From NCBI RefSeq assembly GCF_001194135.2, contig NC_068996.1:49480270-49544269 (forward strand): DNA of 64,000 nt, read 5' to 3'. This DNA comes from Octopus bimaculoides (taxonomy: Eukaryota). Every line of letters starts with the position of its first letter. Positions within the stretch are counted from its first letter, which is position 1. The position numbers and the translations under genes are program-made. Below, piece after piece: positions 1-11,541 of this stretch. The notes beneath the pieces are model-generated. The model was not told where the DNA came from and did no database searches. It saw only the letters and a program-made list of their open reading frames with translations.

Positions 1-317
1 ACACAGGATAACACCCCTTCCTTCTTGTGTTAAGAAGTAGAAGTCTACGTTAGGAATTTAAGATTTGATATAATTCTTCTATGCAAAGAAAACAAAAGGC
101 ATTGCCAATTTTATAGACATTAGTTCTGCTTATTAATTCCCATTCCACAGTAAGCATTTTATTCTTGTCCTTTAAGTCCCAAATAAATTTACTAAGACTG
201 GTATAAGACAACTTATTTTTATTATTAAATGTGTAATTGTTATAAGCAATACATTTTTTGATATAGTTTTGCGTAGCACTGATGTAAAAGAAATTCTTAC
301 TTTCAGAATCACTGCGG

Positions 318-354
<37 letters not shown>

Positions 355-2460
355 TAGTTATTAAATCAACAGTTATTTCCATCTTTGCAATCACAATATA
401 TATTTTTCTATTCATATTACTATTGTGATTTATATAATTAGATTCAGTATGATTGTTATTTACAGCGTTACTTCTATTCTTCAGGCTAAGATGGGACTTA
501 AAGTGGGTTGTTTTCCCTTGTACATTTGAAGAATTATTTAATCATTTTTCACTAACCTTATTTCCTAGAGTATTATTGTTGCATTTAATCGGGTAATTAT
601 TTTTATAAAAATTTAATAATTTCCTTTCATTGAGGAAAGAAATAACCTGAGACATATTCTTCAAAATGGAAAAAGCGAGACAGAGGTAAAATGTTTGGAA
701 AATAGTTTGTATAAAGATCCGACTAAATTGTTCTTAACTTGTTTAGCGAATGGAATAATGAGCCAAATAATATTATTCTTATCAGAAGGTACATTATAAT
801 TTTCAAATTTTTTAATCTTACTATATTTATACAGGAATGTCTTTTAATTCTATTATTCCTATTACTAATTTCATGAGTATTATCTGATGTACGATGCAAT
901 AAATTGGTTTACATATTTTGCATAGCATTGTTATCTAAAAGACGTTTATTCTTTTCATTTTTCCTATCCTTATTTCTATTTCTATTAGAGCCTTTAAAAT
1001 TATAGTTACTATGAGTAACTCCTATGTTACTAGAGCCACCATGGTCGACATTTTGTGCATAATACTTTAACTTAAGGCTATACCCAGCTTTGCTGAGGGC
1101 CATATTATAATAGTCAGCATTTTTGTTAAAAATATCCTTATTAGATGATAAATTAGATATTCTTCTAGAAATATTGTAAACTAAGAAATTTTTTACAGAA
1201 CTGGGATGATTACTTCCAATATTTATATACTTAAGATTGGAGTTAGGCTTGTGGAATGGTTCATAGTTGCCTGTAATGAGGTTTAGGTTAACATCTAGGA
1301 AGTTAACCAATTCATGTTCATTTTCAATTGTTATGGAATGCCCAAAATTTTTTAAAAACCTTTAAAATTTCTTCTTGTACAGCTCTAATTTTCTACTTGA
1401 TAGTTTTCTAATAGTAAAAAGGGCATCATCCCTATATAAACCTCCCACAAGTTCAGGAAAATCCCTTTCTAAGATAAATATAAATACCTGCTAAATGAGT
1501 AACTTGGGTAGAATATGTGGAACCCATAGCAATATTAAAGACATCACAACTATCTTTCTTAATCCAATACTGGTTTTCAAACTCTATAACTGTTTTTCTG
1601 GTAGCTAATATGACATTAATTTCTCCCTTATTCAGATTCGGGTTGTTTCTCACAAACAAAAGGGCCTTGTTTAAAACTACTTGGTTAATCAAAGAATAAT
1701 AACTATCAATATCTATTTGTATAAACTTGTTTCTACTTTTGTATTTAATGCTGTTAAACCAATTTATTACTTTGTGGATATTAGACCAAAGTTGTAACCT
1801 TATCTTTTCCTTAAGGAGCAGTATGTGCTTATCTAAAATAACCTTACTTAACCCTAACCCTAACCCTAAGCCTAACCCAAGTCAAATTTTCCTGGGCAAA
1901 TCAATCTTACTTTAGGGTTTCCTTAAAAGTTGTCTTTATGATCCTTTAAAATAAACCTAGGTATTTTAGGAACAAAAGTTTCAGATATGTCATCCAAACT
2001 GTAATTCTCCATTATCTGTTTGGATATTAAGTTGGTAGTTCTAAATATTTTTTTTTTTAGTTATTTTGTAACTTTTAGTAATTTCTTTTTTTAATACTTC
2101 ATGGTAATAATTTATTTCCAGATTATACAAATTGCCAGTCTTGTCTGAGTGTACAATTATCCCGTTTTTCCTTTTAAGTTCCGATACAAAAGATTTAAGC
2201 TTCCTCAATTGCTCATTTCCTCTGTGGGAGTATTTCTTAATTTTAACATTTTTAATAATTTTCCACAGTTCGTCCTCAAAGCTGGCAAGGTGACTATTTG
2301 GTGGTGGGTATTTTTTAGTCCTAAAAACTTTTAATAGTTGATCAGTCTCTTTGGTTTTGCTATTTATCTGTGTATCCATTTTCTTGTCAAAATAAAATGC
2401 CTTCCAGCTGAGTCTATGGATGAATTCAGCTGTTTTATGAATTAGATCCTCTATGTAGGT
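1..2460 (-). mobile_element. Penelope-like retroelement (EN+ PLE), decayed, 5'-truncated; RT plus GIY-YIG endonuclease
   Basis: Minus-strand fragments in correct PLE order: YIEDLIHKTAEFIHRLSWKAFYFD (2460-2390); HSDKTGNLY (2041-2379 ORF); RLICPGKFDLG..LSKVILD..LWSN..VINWF..KFIQIDIDSYY (1920-1690); FNIAMGSTYSTQVTHLAG (1453-1692 ORF); GLYRDDAL catalytic motif (~1445-1420); VNFLDVNLNL..YEPFHKPN..YINIGSNHP thumb (909-1310 ORF); IIWLIIPF linker; YISATQN..LSKFIWDLK..VEWELI..CFLCIEE endonuclease (50-415 ORF). Several stops and frameshifts. Confidence 0.93.
1849..1878 (-). repeat. Interstitial telomere-like repeat (TTAGGG)x5, one variant unit, inside PLE RT
   Basis: + strand TAACCC TAACCC TAACCC TAAGCC TAACCC between codons DLG and LSK. 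Confidence 0.85.
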
Positions 2461-2533
2461 CCTCAGATGGAAGGCATTTTATTTTGACAAGAAAATGGAT
2501 TCACAGATAAATAGCAAAACCAAAGAGACTGAT
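2341..2533. repeat. 72-bp inverted repeat at the 5' end of the PLE
   Basis: 2341-2412 is the reverse complement of 2462-2533 with 2 mismatches; 49-bp spacer. Confidence 0.9.
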
Positions 2534-3112
2534 TTGAAATCAAAATCGAACCAAATTCGACGTCTGGCACCCATGCCAACCTCTCCTTCATTGGACACTA
2601 AACTCTGCTTGCGAAGACCTGTTGGGGCAAGTGAAATTGAAATTGTAATTGAACCATATTCAATGACTGGCACCTGTGCCAGTGAAGCACTAACAGCACC
2701 ATCTGAGTGTGATCATTGCCAGAGCAGATGCCTGGCTTCCGTGCTAGTGGCATGTAAATAGCACCTTTTGAGCGTGATCGTTACCAGCGTCGCCTTACTG
2801 GCACGTTAGAAAATTATTTGAGCGGGGTTGTTGCCAGTGCCACTGGACTGGCTCCTGTGCAGGTGGCACATAAAAAACACCATTTTGAGCATGGCCGTTG
2901 CCAGTACTGTGTGACTGGCCCTCGTGCCAGTGGCATGTAAAAGCACCCACTACACTCTTGGAGTGGTTGGCGTTAGGAAGGGCATCCAGCTGTAGAAACT
3001 CTGCCAGATCAGATTGGAGCCTGGTGCAGCCGTCCGGTTCACCAGTCCTCAGTCAAATCGTCCAACCTATGCTAGCATAGAAAGCGGACGTTAAACGATG
3101 ATGATGATGATG
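2534..3112 (+). mobile_element. 5'-truncated RTE LINE, 3'UTR only
   Basis: Matches the 3'UTR of the RTE at 14730-16009 (gacactaaactctgcttg.gaagacc; ~70-bp subrepeats; aggaagggcatccagctgtagaaact); ends in (GAT)n. Confidence 0.85.
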
Positions 3113-3373
3113 TACTCCGCTTTAGGTGGAATTGGAATGTCCTTCATAGAAATGTCTACTTCAGTTTGCTCCATTTTATTGGTGGAAACAAATACTCATC
3201 TACTTCCGTAGTTGTTTAAATTTAATTAAATCAAGGCCATAAATCAAGGATATGAATTAAGGATATAAATCCACAAATGCATTAAACAAATTTGCATTTA
3301 CACATACATAAGTAACAGTTTTTAAAATACATTGGTTGTTGAAAGGCACATTTCTAAAAAAAAGTCTATCATA

Positions 3374-3687
3374 GGCGCAGGCGTGGCTGTGTGGTAAGTA
3401 GCTTGCTTACCAACCACATGGTTCTGGGTTCAGTCCCACTGCTTGGCACCTTGGGCAAGTGTCTTCTACTATAGCCTCGGGCCGACCAAAGCCTTGTGAG
3501 TGGATTTGGTAGACAGAAACTGAAAGAAGCCTGTCGTATATATATGTGTGTGTGTGTGTATATATGTTTGTGTGTCTGTGTTTGTCCCCCCAACATCACT
3601 TGACAACCGATGCTGGTGTGTTTACATCCCTGTAACTTAGCAGTTCAGCAAAAAGAGACCGATAGAATAAGTACTAGGCTTACAAAG
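3374..3687 (+). mobile_element. tRNA-derived CORE-type SINE (family A), cut by gap
   Basis: A-box-like TGGCTGTGTGGT, B-box-like GGTTCAGTCCC, CORE-like accttgggcaagtgtctt, internal (TA)/(TG) microsatellite. Further partial copies near 4200-4337(-), 7160-7470(-), 7895-8040(-), 11541-11685(-), 11700-12000(-), 19370-19540(-), 26960-27095, 38705-38880, 39900-40170, 40390-40850, 45060-45225, 54240-54580, 55050-55250. Confidence 0.85.
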
Positions 3688-4729
3688 NNNNNNNNNNNNN
3701 NNNNNNNNNNNNNNNNNNNNNNNNNNNNNNNNNNNNNNNNNNNNNNNNNNNNNNNNNNNNNNNNNNNNNNNNNNNNNNNNNNNNNNNNNNNNNNNNNNNN
3801 NNNNNNNNNNNNNNNNNNNNNNNNNNNNNNNNNNNNNNNNNNNNNNNNNNNNNNNNNNNNNNNNNNNNNNNNNNNNNNNNNNNNNNNNNNNNNNNNNNNN
3901 NNNNNNNNNNNNNNNNNNNNNNNNNNNNNNNNNNNNNNNNNNNNNNNNNNNNNNNNNNNNNNNNNNNNNNNNNNNNNNNNNNNNNNNNNNNNNNNNNNNN
4001 NNNNNNNNNNNNNNNNNNNNNNNNNNNNNNNNNNNNNNNNNNNNNNNNNNNNNNNNNNNNNNNNNNNNNNNNNNNNNNNNNNNNNNNNNNNNNNNNNNNN
4101 NNNNNNNNNNNNNNNNNNNNNNNNNNNNNNNNNNNNNNNNNNNNNNNNNNNNNNNNNNNNNNNNNNNNNNNNNNNNNNNNNNNNNNNNNNNNNNNTATAT
4201 AAGGGGCTTCTTTTATTTTCCTTCTAAATCCATTCACATAGCTTGGTTTGGCTTGAGGTTATAGTAGAAAACATTTACCCAAGATGCCATGCCATGGAAT
4301 CAAACCCAAAACCACATGTCTTGGAAACACTTCTTAACTATACACCTAAGCCTGTGCTGTTTTGTTTTGTCTTTTTTTTTTGTTAAAAATTTTACATTTC
4401 ATTACATTTTGCATGGTTTCATTTATATCCATCATGACATATTAATTTCTAGATATGCACACACACGCAGAACAGGATTTGAGTATAACTTGGCACTTCT
4501 ACATCGAAATTGAAGAGAGTAACACTCTTACCTACTGAGCCATTCGTTTAATGCGTATTAAAACATAAGTGTTACATTTTTTAAGGCTAATAGTCCAAAA
4601 GAATTTTAATGATATTGATGACTCATGTCAGACAGACAGGCATTTAAAGTGTGTACATTTCTAAAAATAGAAATACACATGTCTAGTGTATTGCAAATTA
4701 AAAGATTAAAATGACAGTTAATCCATTAA

Positions 4730-5580
4730 CATTAAAACCAGCCATATCCAACCCAAACATTCTACATGTTTTATGTTCAGACTGACCAGATCCAGCCTCT
4801 CACACCTACCTTACAATGCCTTTCTTAAAATATACAATCACATCCTTTAATTCTAAAACAATGTAAATAAAGAAGAATTACATTTGACAGAGTCATCTGA
4901 ATGCTAAAGGATTAAATAGACTGGATGATCATGAGAACTGGTCAAACAGGGCTGACCTGGGGTTAAACAACAGCAACATATTCTGTTACAAGCCAATACC
5001 AGAACCTCTAAGTGGTTGCTCAACTTGCTAGACATAGCAGCCAGATCTTCAAATAATTCCTTACCATTTTAACCCTTTAGCATTNNNNNNNNNNTTTAAA
5101 CCAGCCATATCTGGCCTAAATATTCTACCTGTTTCATGTTCAAACTGACCAGATCCAGCCTCTCACACCTACCTTACAATGTCATTCTTAAAATATACAA
5201 TCATATCCTTAAAATCTTGAAGCCATGAGATAAGGCATGATTAATTCCAAAACAATGAATAAAGAAGAATTACATTTGACAGAGTAAGATTTAATAGACT
5301 GAATTATCATGAGAGCTGATCAAACAGGTTTGACCTGGGGTTAAACAACAGCAACATATTAATGTTACAAGCCAATGCCAGAACCTCATAGTGGTTGCTC
5401 AACTTGCTAGACATAGTAGCCAGATCTTCAAATAATTCCTTATCATTTTAACCCTTCAGCATTTAAACCAGCCATATCTGGCCTAAATATTCTACCTGTT
5501 TCATGTTCAAACTGACCAGATCCAGCCTCTCACACCTCCCCTACAATGTTTTTCTAAAATTATCCTTGAAATCTTGAAAC
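4730..5580 (+). repeat. Tandem ~370-bp triplication containing a piggyBac-like MITE
   Basis: Unit start ttaaaccagccatatc recurs at ~4733, 5096 and 5463. MITE ends TTAACCCTTTAGCATT...gaatgctaaaggATTAA. Related copy at ~59725-59902 ending ctaaagggTTAA. Confidence 0.7.
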
Positions 5581-6079
5581 ATTACATTTAATATAATGAA
5601 TCTGCAGATCCTAAATCAATTTGGGTGGACGTTCTTAATATACTGCGTTTCGTGTCACTTTGAATAAACGAATACCCATCCTTGGAACTGTCTTTCTTAT
5701 AAGCGTCAATTACTAGGGTCGATTCAATCAACTACCACCCCCACCCACTCCTAAAATTGCTGGACTTGTACCAAAATTGAAACAATTTCTGAAGACTTGC
5801 AAAATTATTAGAATATTGAATAAAATGTCCTCCAGTTTTTCTTGTGGCATTTTATTGTTCAGAGTTCAAAAACCCATTAGGTCAACTATGCCTTTCATTT
5901 TTTCAGGGGTCAATGAAAGTACTAGTTAAATACTGGGGGTTAATGGTATCAACTTAACCCATCCTTCTGAAATTGCTAGACCTTAGGTGGTGAATTGACA
6001 GAATTGTTCAAGCATTGAAAAGAACAAAATTACTTTGTAGAATTTGTTCCTTGGCTATGATTACATATTATATTATTGA

Positions 6080-6366
6080 CTATCGACACACAGTCTGTGT
6101 CCATATAGTGTTTGCAAGGGTGGTCATTGCTCCCATTTCCTGCCTTATATGATACTCTTCTATATACAAGATCAGTGACTGTGTGTCGCTTAAAGAATTA
6201 TATATAGTGTTTGCGAATGGAGAAAGCTTTCATCAACAGCCAGTGATTGTCTCACACAGAGGATAACCACCCAGAAACCACGGTCTGTGAGTATCACGTA
6301 AGGCTGGAGACAGGAGCAATGACCTCCCTTGCAAACACTGTACAGACACAGACTGTGTGTCAATAG
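6080..6366. repeat. Fold-back element, 78-bp inverted arms (6080-6157 / 6289-6366)
   Basis: ctatcgacacacagtctgtgtcc..gtgtttgcaaggg.ggtcattgctcc..gatactc versus its reverse complement at 6289-6366. Confidence 0.85.
6251..6291 (+). ncRNA. Degenerate minimal type I hammerhead ribozyme motif (U4A, stem II decayed)
   Basis: CUCACA-CAGAGGA-uaaccaccca-GAAA-CC-AC-GG-UC^UGUGAG: stem I 6 bp, stem III, GUC triplet; stem II does not pair well. Confidence 0.5.
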
Positions 6367-6761
6367 CCAGCTGGAAACATAGTCCTTTATAGGACCACCA
6401 CATTCTGTTGGCAAATAAACTTTACTATTCAGTACTGTTACTGTATATCTATCGCTGAGAGATTAAAAACAAGTTGTTTTTCTCTATATTATATATTGAC
6501 TTCTAAAATCTTCGACTGCATTAGTTTCACTGATTGCAAGCACAAAAAAAAAGAGCAAAAAAAGTGCATGTGTTGATGATAGTGGTATTGGTGGGAGAGT
6601 GGATGGGTGGGTGGAGGAAAGACTGCCCTACCCACACAATAGCCAAGGCGAAGATTAAGACCAAGAACAAAGTTGACAAGATACATCATAAAGTTTTCAA
6701 TGCTATTGCAATTCTTGTTTCTGTAAACAATGGGTTTTTTTTTTTAATAATAAATGTGTGG

Positions 6762-6799
6762 CAGCAGCAGCAGCAGTAGCAGTAGTAGTAGTAAAGGTG

Positions 6800-6832
<33 letters not shown>
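6762..6832. repeat. Compound trinucleotide microsatellite (CAG)n(TAG)n(GGT)n(TAG)n
   Basis: Direct reading. Confidence 0.9.
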
Positions 6833-7465
6833 TGATATATGTTTTTGTTTAATATTACCCTTTTTTTTTTTTTTTTCTTTCTGTAAAAACTGACCTACTT
6901 TTTTTAAATAAATTAAGTCTTCTTCCTTTTCTGCAGTCTTGAATGGAAGCTTTTATTTCCACTTTCCATAAGAAGTTCCAATTGTTAATCAATTTAACTC
7001 AATTAAATTGAATTCTTCAAAAACTATTAAACTGGATTGATTGAAGAACATATCTGTATGAATGTCTCTAAATCTATTTGAGAACTTGGAAGCCAAGGTC
7101 ATGTGGAAGAATAACAAAACCAAAAGCAAGAATTGAAAATGTACAGGAACAAAAGTATTGTTCTTTTATGGGATTTCGGTTACTAGATTGTAGGGGCCAT
7201 GCTGGAACACCACCTTTAAGAGGGTTTCAGTCTGTCATATCTTTTAGCCTTCTATCTCTTTTTATTTGTTTCAGGCATTAGACTGTGGCCATGCTGGGGC
7301 ACCACCTTGAAGAAGTTTTAGTCAAACTAATCGACCCCTGTACTTATTTTTCTGTTAAAACCTGGTTCTTATTCTGTCGGTCTGTTTTTGCCTAAGTGAT
7401 AAGATACATGGTTGTAAACACACAAACACCAGTTGTCAAGCAGGGAAACTAACACAGATACATAA

Positions 7466-7510
<45 letters not shown>

Positions 7511-7512
7511 GA

Positions 7513-7670
7513 CACAGGTGTGGCTATGTGGTAAGAAGCTTGCTTCCCAACCTCATGGTTCTGGATTCAGTTCCACTGCATGGCACCTTGGCCTAGTGTC
7601 TTCTACTATAGCCTCGGGCCGACCAAAGCCTTGTGAGTGGATTTGGTAGGTGGAAACCGGAAGAAGCCTG

Positions 7671-7707
<37 letters not shown>

Positions 7708-7878
7708 TGTGTATATGATGGTGTGTTTATGTCCCTGTAACTTAGCAGTTTGGCAAAATTGATCAATAGAATAATTACTAGGCTTACAAATAAGTCCTGG
7801 GGTCAGTTTGTTCAACCAAGACAGTGCTCCAGCATGGCCACAGTCAAATGACTTAAACAAGTAAAATAATAAAAGAAT
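7513..7878 (+). mobile_element. SINE family A, near full length
   Basis: tRNA-like head, CORE-like segment, (TG)n, tail ctccagcatggccacagtcaaatgact.aaacaagtaaaa. Confidence 0.85.
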
Positions 7879-8097
7879 ATATATATACATCACGGGTTTC
7901 TTTCATTTTCCATCTATTGAATCCACTGACAAGGTTTAGTAGAAGACACTTGCCAGGTGCCATACACACAGTGGGACTGAACCCAGAACCATGTGATTGG
8001 GAAGCAGACGTTTTACTACACAGCCACTCCTATGCCTATACCTCCATTTTATTCCTGTGTTTATACTTATTTATTTAGTAACCTCTGCTGAATGAAT

Positions 8098-8120
8098 GGT
8101 TAGGGTTAGGGTTAGGGTTA
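8098..8120 (+). repeat. Interstitial telomeric repeat, ~4 units of TTAGGG
   Basis: ggttagggttagggttagggtta, perfect. Confidence 0.8.
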
Positions 8121-8667
8121 ATCCTTTTGACATAAACAGATGATGCAATTTCAGTCACTGCTTATCATGGTTATAAACAAACAGAAGCAAACACACACAC
8201 ATACATACTAGCCATATATGTGTATATTTGCTGTGTGTGTATGTGTATGTGCAGCTATGGCTGTTTGGTTATGAAGTCAGGTTCTGGACCATACAGTTTC
8301 TGGTCTTGTCTTGGTGTTGAACATTTGGCAAGTGTCATCTCCTACAAATCTGATTTAACTGAAAACTTGTAAGTGAATTTGGTGGATGGAAACTGAAAGA
8401 CAAAGTGCATCCACGCGTGTGTGTGTGTGTGTCAAAGCTAGCCTTCTGCGTTGTTTCAGTCAAACACTGCTTAGAAAGCATTGGCCAACCTGAAGCAACT
8501 CAAGATACTGTAGTCAAGACATTTGCTTAAGGTATTGTGCAGTGGGACTATCACAAAACAAACCGGTTTTAGATTGAACCGCTTAACCACATGGCAATAT
8601 ACATTATTGATGCACTTAATATATTTAACCTTTTAGCATTTAGATTACTCTGTCAAATGTAATGCAC

Positions 8668-8865
8668 AGGACCTGAAATTTTAGGGGAGGGGTATAGTCA
8701 ATTACATTGGCCCCAGTACTCAACTGGTACTTAATTTATTGACCCCAAAAGGGATGAAAGGCAAAGTTGACCTCAGCAGAATTTGAACTCACAATGTGAA
8801 GATGGGGAAAATGCCACTAAGTATTTTACCTGATGTGCTAATGATTCTCCCACCTCGCCACCTTA
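8668..8865 (-). mobile_element. tRNA-derived SINE family B
   Basis: Reverse complement has gagttcaaattctgctgaggtcaactttgcctttcatccc..ggggtcaataaattaagtaccagttgagtactgggg. Other copies near 5810-5990, 20415-20545, 20600-20775, 24715-24850, 24870-25090, 59925-60090, 62433-62610. Confidence 0.8.
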
Positions 8866-8872
8866 ATAATAA

Positions 8873-9010
8873 TCATCATCATCATCATCATCATCATCGT
8901 TTAACGTCCGCTTTCCATGCTAGCATGGGTTGGACGATTTGACTGAGGTCTGGTGAAACCAGATGGCTACACCAGGCTCCAATCTAATTTGGCAGAGTTT
9001 CTACAGCTGG
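8873..9010 (-). mobile_element. RTE LINE extreme 3' end with (GAT)n tail
   Basis: (cat)n cgtttaacgtccgctttccatgctagcatgggttggacg. Confidence 0.85.
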
Positions 9011-9438
9011 TTCAAATTTTGGCACAGTTGGCCTCAACAGAATTTAAACTCAGAATGTAAAGAGTTAGAAGAATTACCATTAAGCATTTAGTATTATTTT
9101 AGTAATTTGAATTATTTATGAATAAAAGTTCTGTGGGACTTTATTGGAACCTTATTTGTTCATACACAACTGTGTATATTACCAATTATCCTGGTGATAA
9201 AGCATCACAAATGTTAATCATCTAAAGTCAGCAGCAGCAGCAGCAGCAGTAGTAGTATGAGGAACTGCACTGTAATAATGCATCACTGCAACCACCATTT
9301 GTTGGTGATTCTCTACTTTTCCTAGCAGAGGACACCTCTGCACCACTCACGCAACAACCCTCCAACCCATGGGTCTGTTTGGGTAGTCATTGCTGGTTAA
9401 GGGTTTTACGAGGTCAGAGTGCAAATCATACTGGAACT

Positions 9439-10375
9439 TCTTTTAATCCCTTTTTACAACACACATTGGGTCTATTCTTTGATATACTGGTCTCCACGGA
9501 TCACTAGAACAACATAAAATGAAGTTTAGAAGTAATGCATTTCTAAATCTCTCAGAGAGATTTATGCAGTAGCGATGCGATAAAGTAGTTGTATGCTGTC
9601 AACTTAATGTGACAGTCCCCTGAAGGGAATAATACTACTGTTGGTTAGCCCTAGGAAGCTGCACCGCTTCCTGTCGGCCTTGACACATTTCCTGTGTACT
9701 TATGTTTGCAAGGGGGAGACAAGCACCTCCACCCAGCTAAGCCTGCATCCAGAGACATGTTTCTGAGTCTTTGCTTGTCATCAGTTCTATTTTTGAAATC
9801 AGTGAATGTGTTCAATAGAATTATTATATGTTTACGAGAGCTTGACAGGCATCTCCAACTAGCAGGCCATTGCTGCTCCAGACTGATGATGAGCAAAGAC
9901 TCAGAAACATGTCTCTGGATGCAGGCTTAGCTGGGTGGAGGTGCTTGTCTCCCCCTTGTAAACATAAGGACACAGGAAATGTGTCAAGGCCGACAGGAAG
10001 CGGTGCAGCTTCCTAGGTCTAAACAACAGTAGTATTATTCCCTTCAGGGGACTGTCACATTAAGTTGACAGCATACAACTACTTCATCGTATCACTACTG
10101 CATAAATCTCTCTGAGTGATTTAGAAATGTATTATTTCTAAACTTCATTTTATGTTCTAGTGATCCGTGGAGACCAGTATATCAAAGAATAGACCCAATG
10201 TGTGTTGTAAAAAGGGATTAAAAGAGGTGTGCTTGTCTCCCCCTTGTAAACAAAAGGACACAGGAAATGTGTCAAGGCTGACAGGAAGCGGTGCAGCTTC
10301 CTAGGTCTAACCAACAGTAGTATCATTCCCTTCAGGGGACTGTCACATTAAGTTGACAGCATACAACTACTTCAT
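9439..10375. repeat. Fold-back element: ~345-bp inverted arms (9439-9785 / 9882-10225) plus a 147-bp direct repeat (10229-10375 = 9941-10087)
   Basis: Arms align end to end with scattered substitutions; 96-bp spacer. Confidence 0.92.
9873..9924 (+). ncRNA. Minimal type I hammerhead ribozyme, canonical core
   Basis: CUGC.UCCAGA-CUGAUGA-UGAG(CAAAGA)CUCA-GAAA-CAUG-UC^UCUGGA.U.GCAG: all conserved core nucleotides, palindromic stem III ACAUGU, GUC triplet, predicted cut after 9913. Confidence 0.85.
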
Positions 10376-11490
10376 AAAATGAAGTGTTTAGCTCAATAAC
10401 ACATTCTACTATCCAGTTTGGGAATCAAACCCACAATCTGGTGATCATGAATGCAACACCTTAACCACTAGGTTACACACCTCCACATCATCTAAAGCAA
10501 TGGTTCTCAACCATATTTTTTTACGTTTGGTCCCCTTTGATTCTTATTTTGCTTAGATAGACTCTCCTAGCCATTCGATGTTTAAAAAAATCCTTTTGTA
10601 TTTTTTTTATTATTAAATATTATAANNNNNNNNNNNNNNNNNNNNNNNNNNNNNNNNNNNNNNNNNNNNNNNNNNNNNNNNNNNNNNNNNNNNNNNNNNN
10701 NNNNNNNNNNNNNNNNNNNNNNNNNNNNNNNNNNNNNNNNNNNNNNNNNNNNNNNNNNNNNNNNNNNNNNNNNNNNNNNNNNNNNNNNNNNNNNNNNNNN
10801 NNNNNNNNNNNNNNNNNNNNNNNNNNNNNNNNNNNNNNNNNNNNNNNNNNNNNNNNNNNNNNNNNNNNNNNNNNNNNNNNNNNNNNNNNNNNNNNNNNNN
10901 NNNNNNNNNNNNNNNNNNNNNNNNNNNNNNNNNNNNNNNNNNNNNNNNNNNNNNNNNNNNNNNNNNNNNNNNNNNNNNNNNNNNNNNNNNNNNNNNNNNN
11001 NNNNNNNNNNNNNNNNNNNNNNNNNNNNNNNNNNNNNNNNNNNNNNNNNNNNNNNNNNNNNNNNNNNNNNNNNNNNNNNNNNNNNNNNNNNNNNNNNNNN
11101 NNNNNNNNNNNNNNNNNNNNNNNNNNNNNNNNNNNNNNNNNNNNNNNNNNNNNNNNNNNNNNNNNNNNNNNNNNNNNNNNNNNNNNNNNNNNNNNNNNNN
11201 NNNNNNNNNNNNNNNNNNNNNNNNNNNNNNNNNNNNNNNNNNNNNNNNNNNNNNNNNNNNNNNNNNNNNNNNNNNNNNNNNNNNNNNNNNNNNNNNNNNN
11301 NNNNNNNNNNNNNNNNNNNNNNNNNNNNNNNNNNNNNNNNNNNNNNNNNNNNNNNNNNNNNNNNNNNNNNNNNNNNNNNNNNNNNNNNNNNNNNNNNNNN
11401 NNNNNNNNNNNNNNNNNNNNNNNNNNNNNNNNNNNNNNNNNNNNNNNNNNNNNNNNNNNNNNNNNNNNNNNNNNNNNNNNNNNNNNNNNN

Positions 11491-11541
<51 letters not shown>

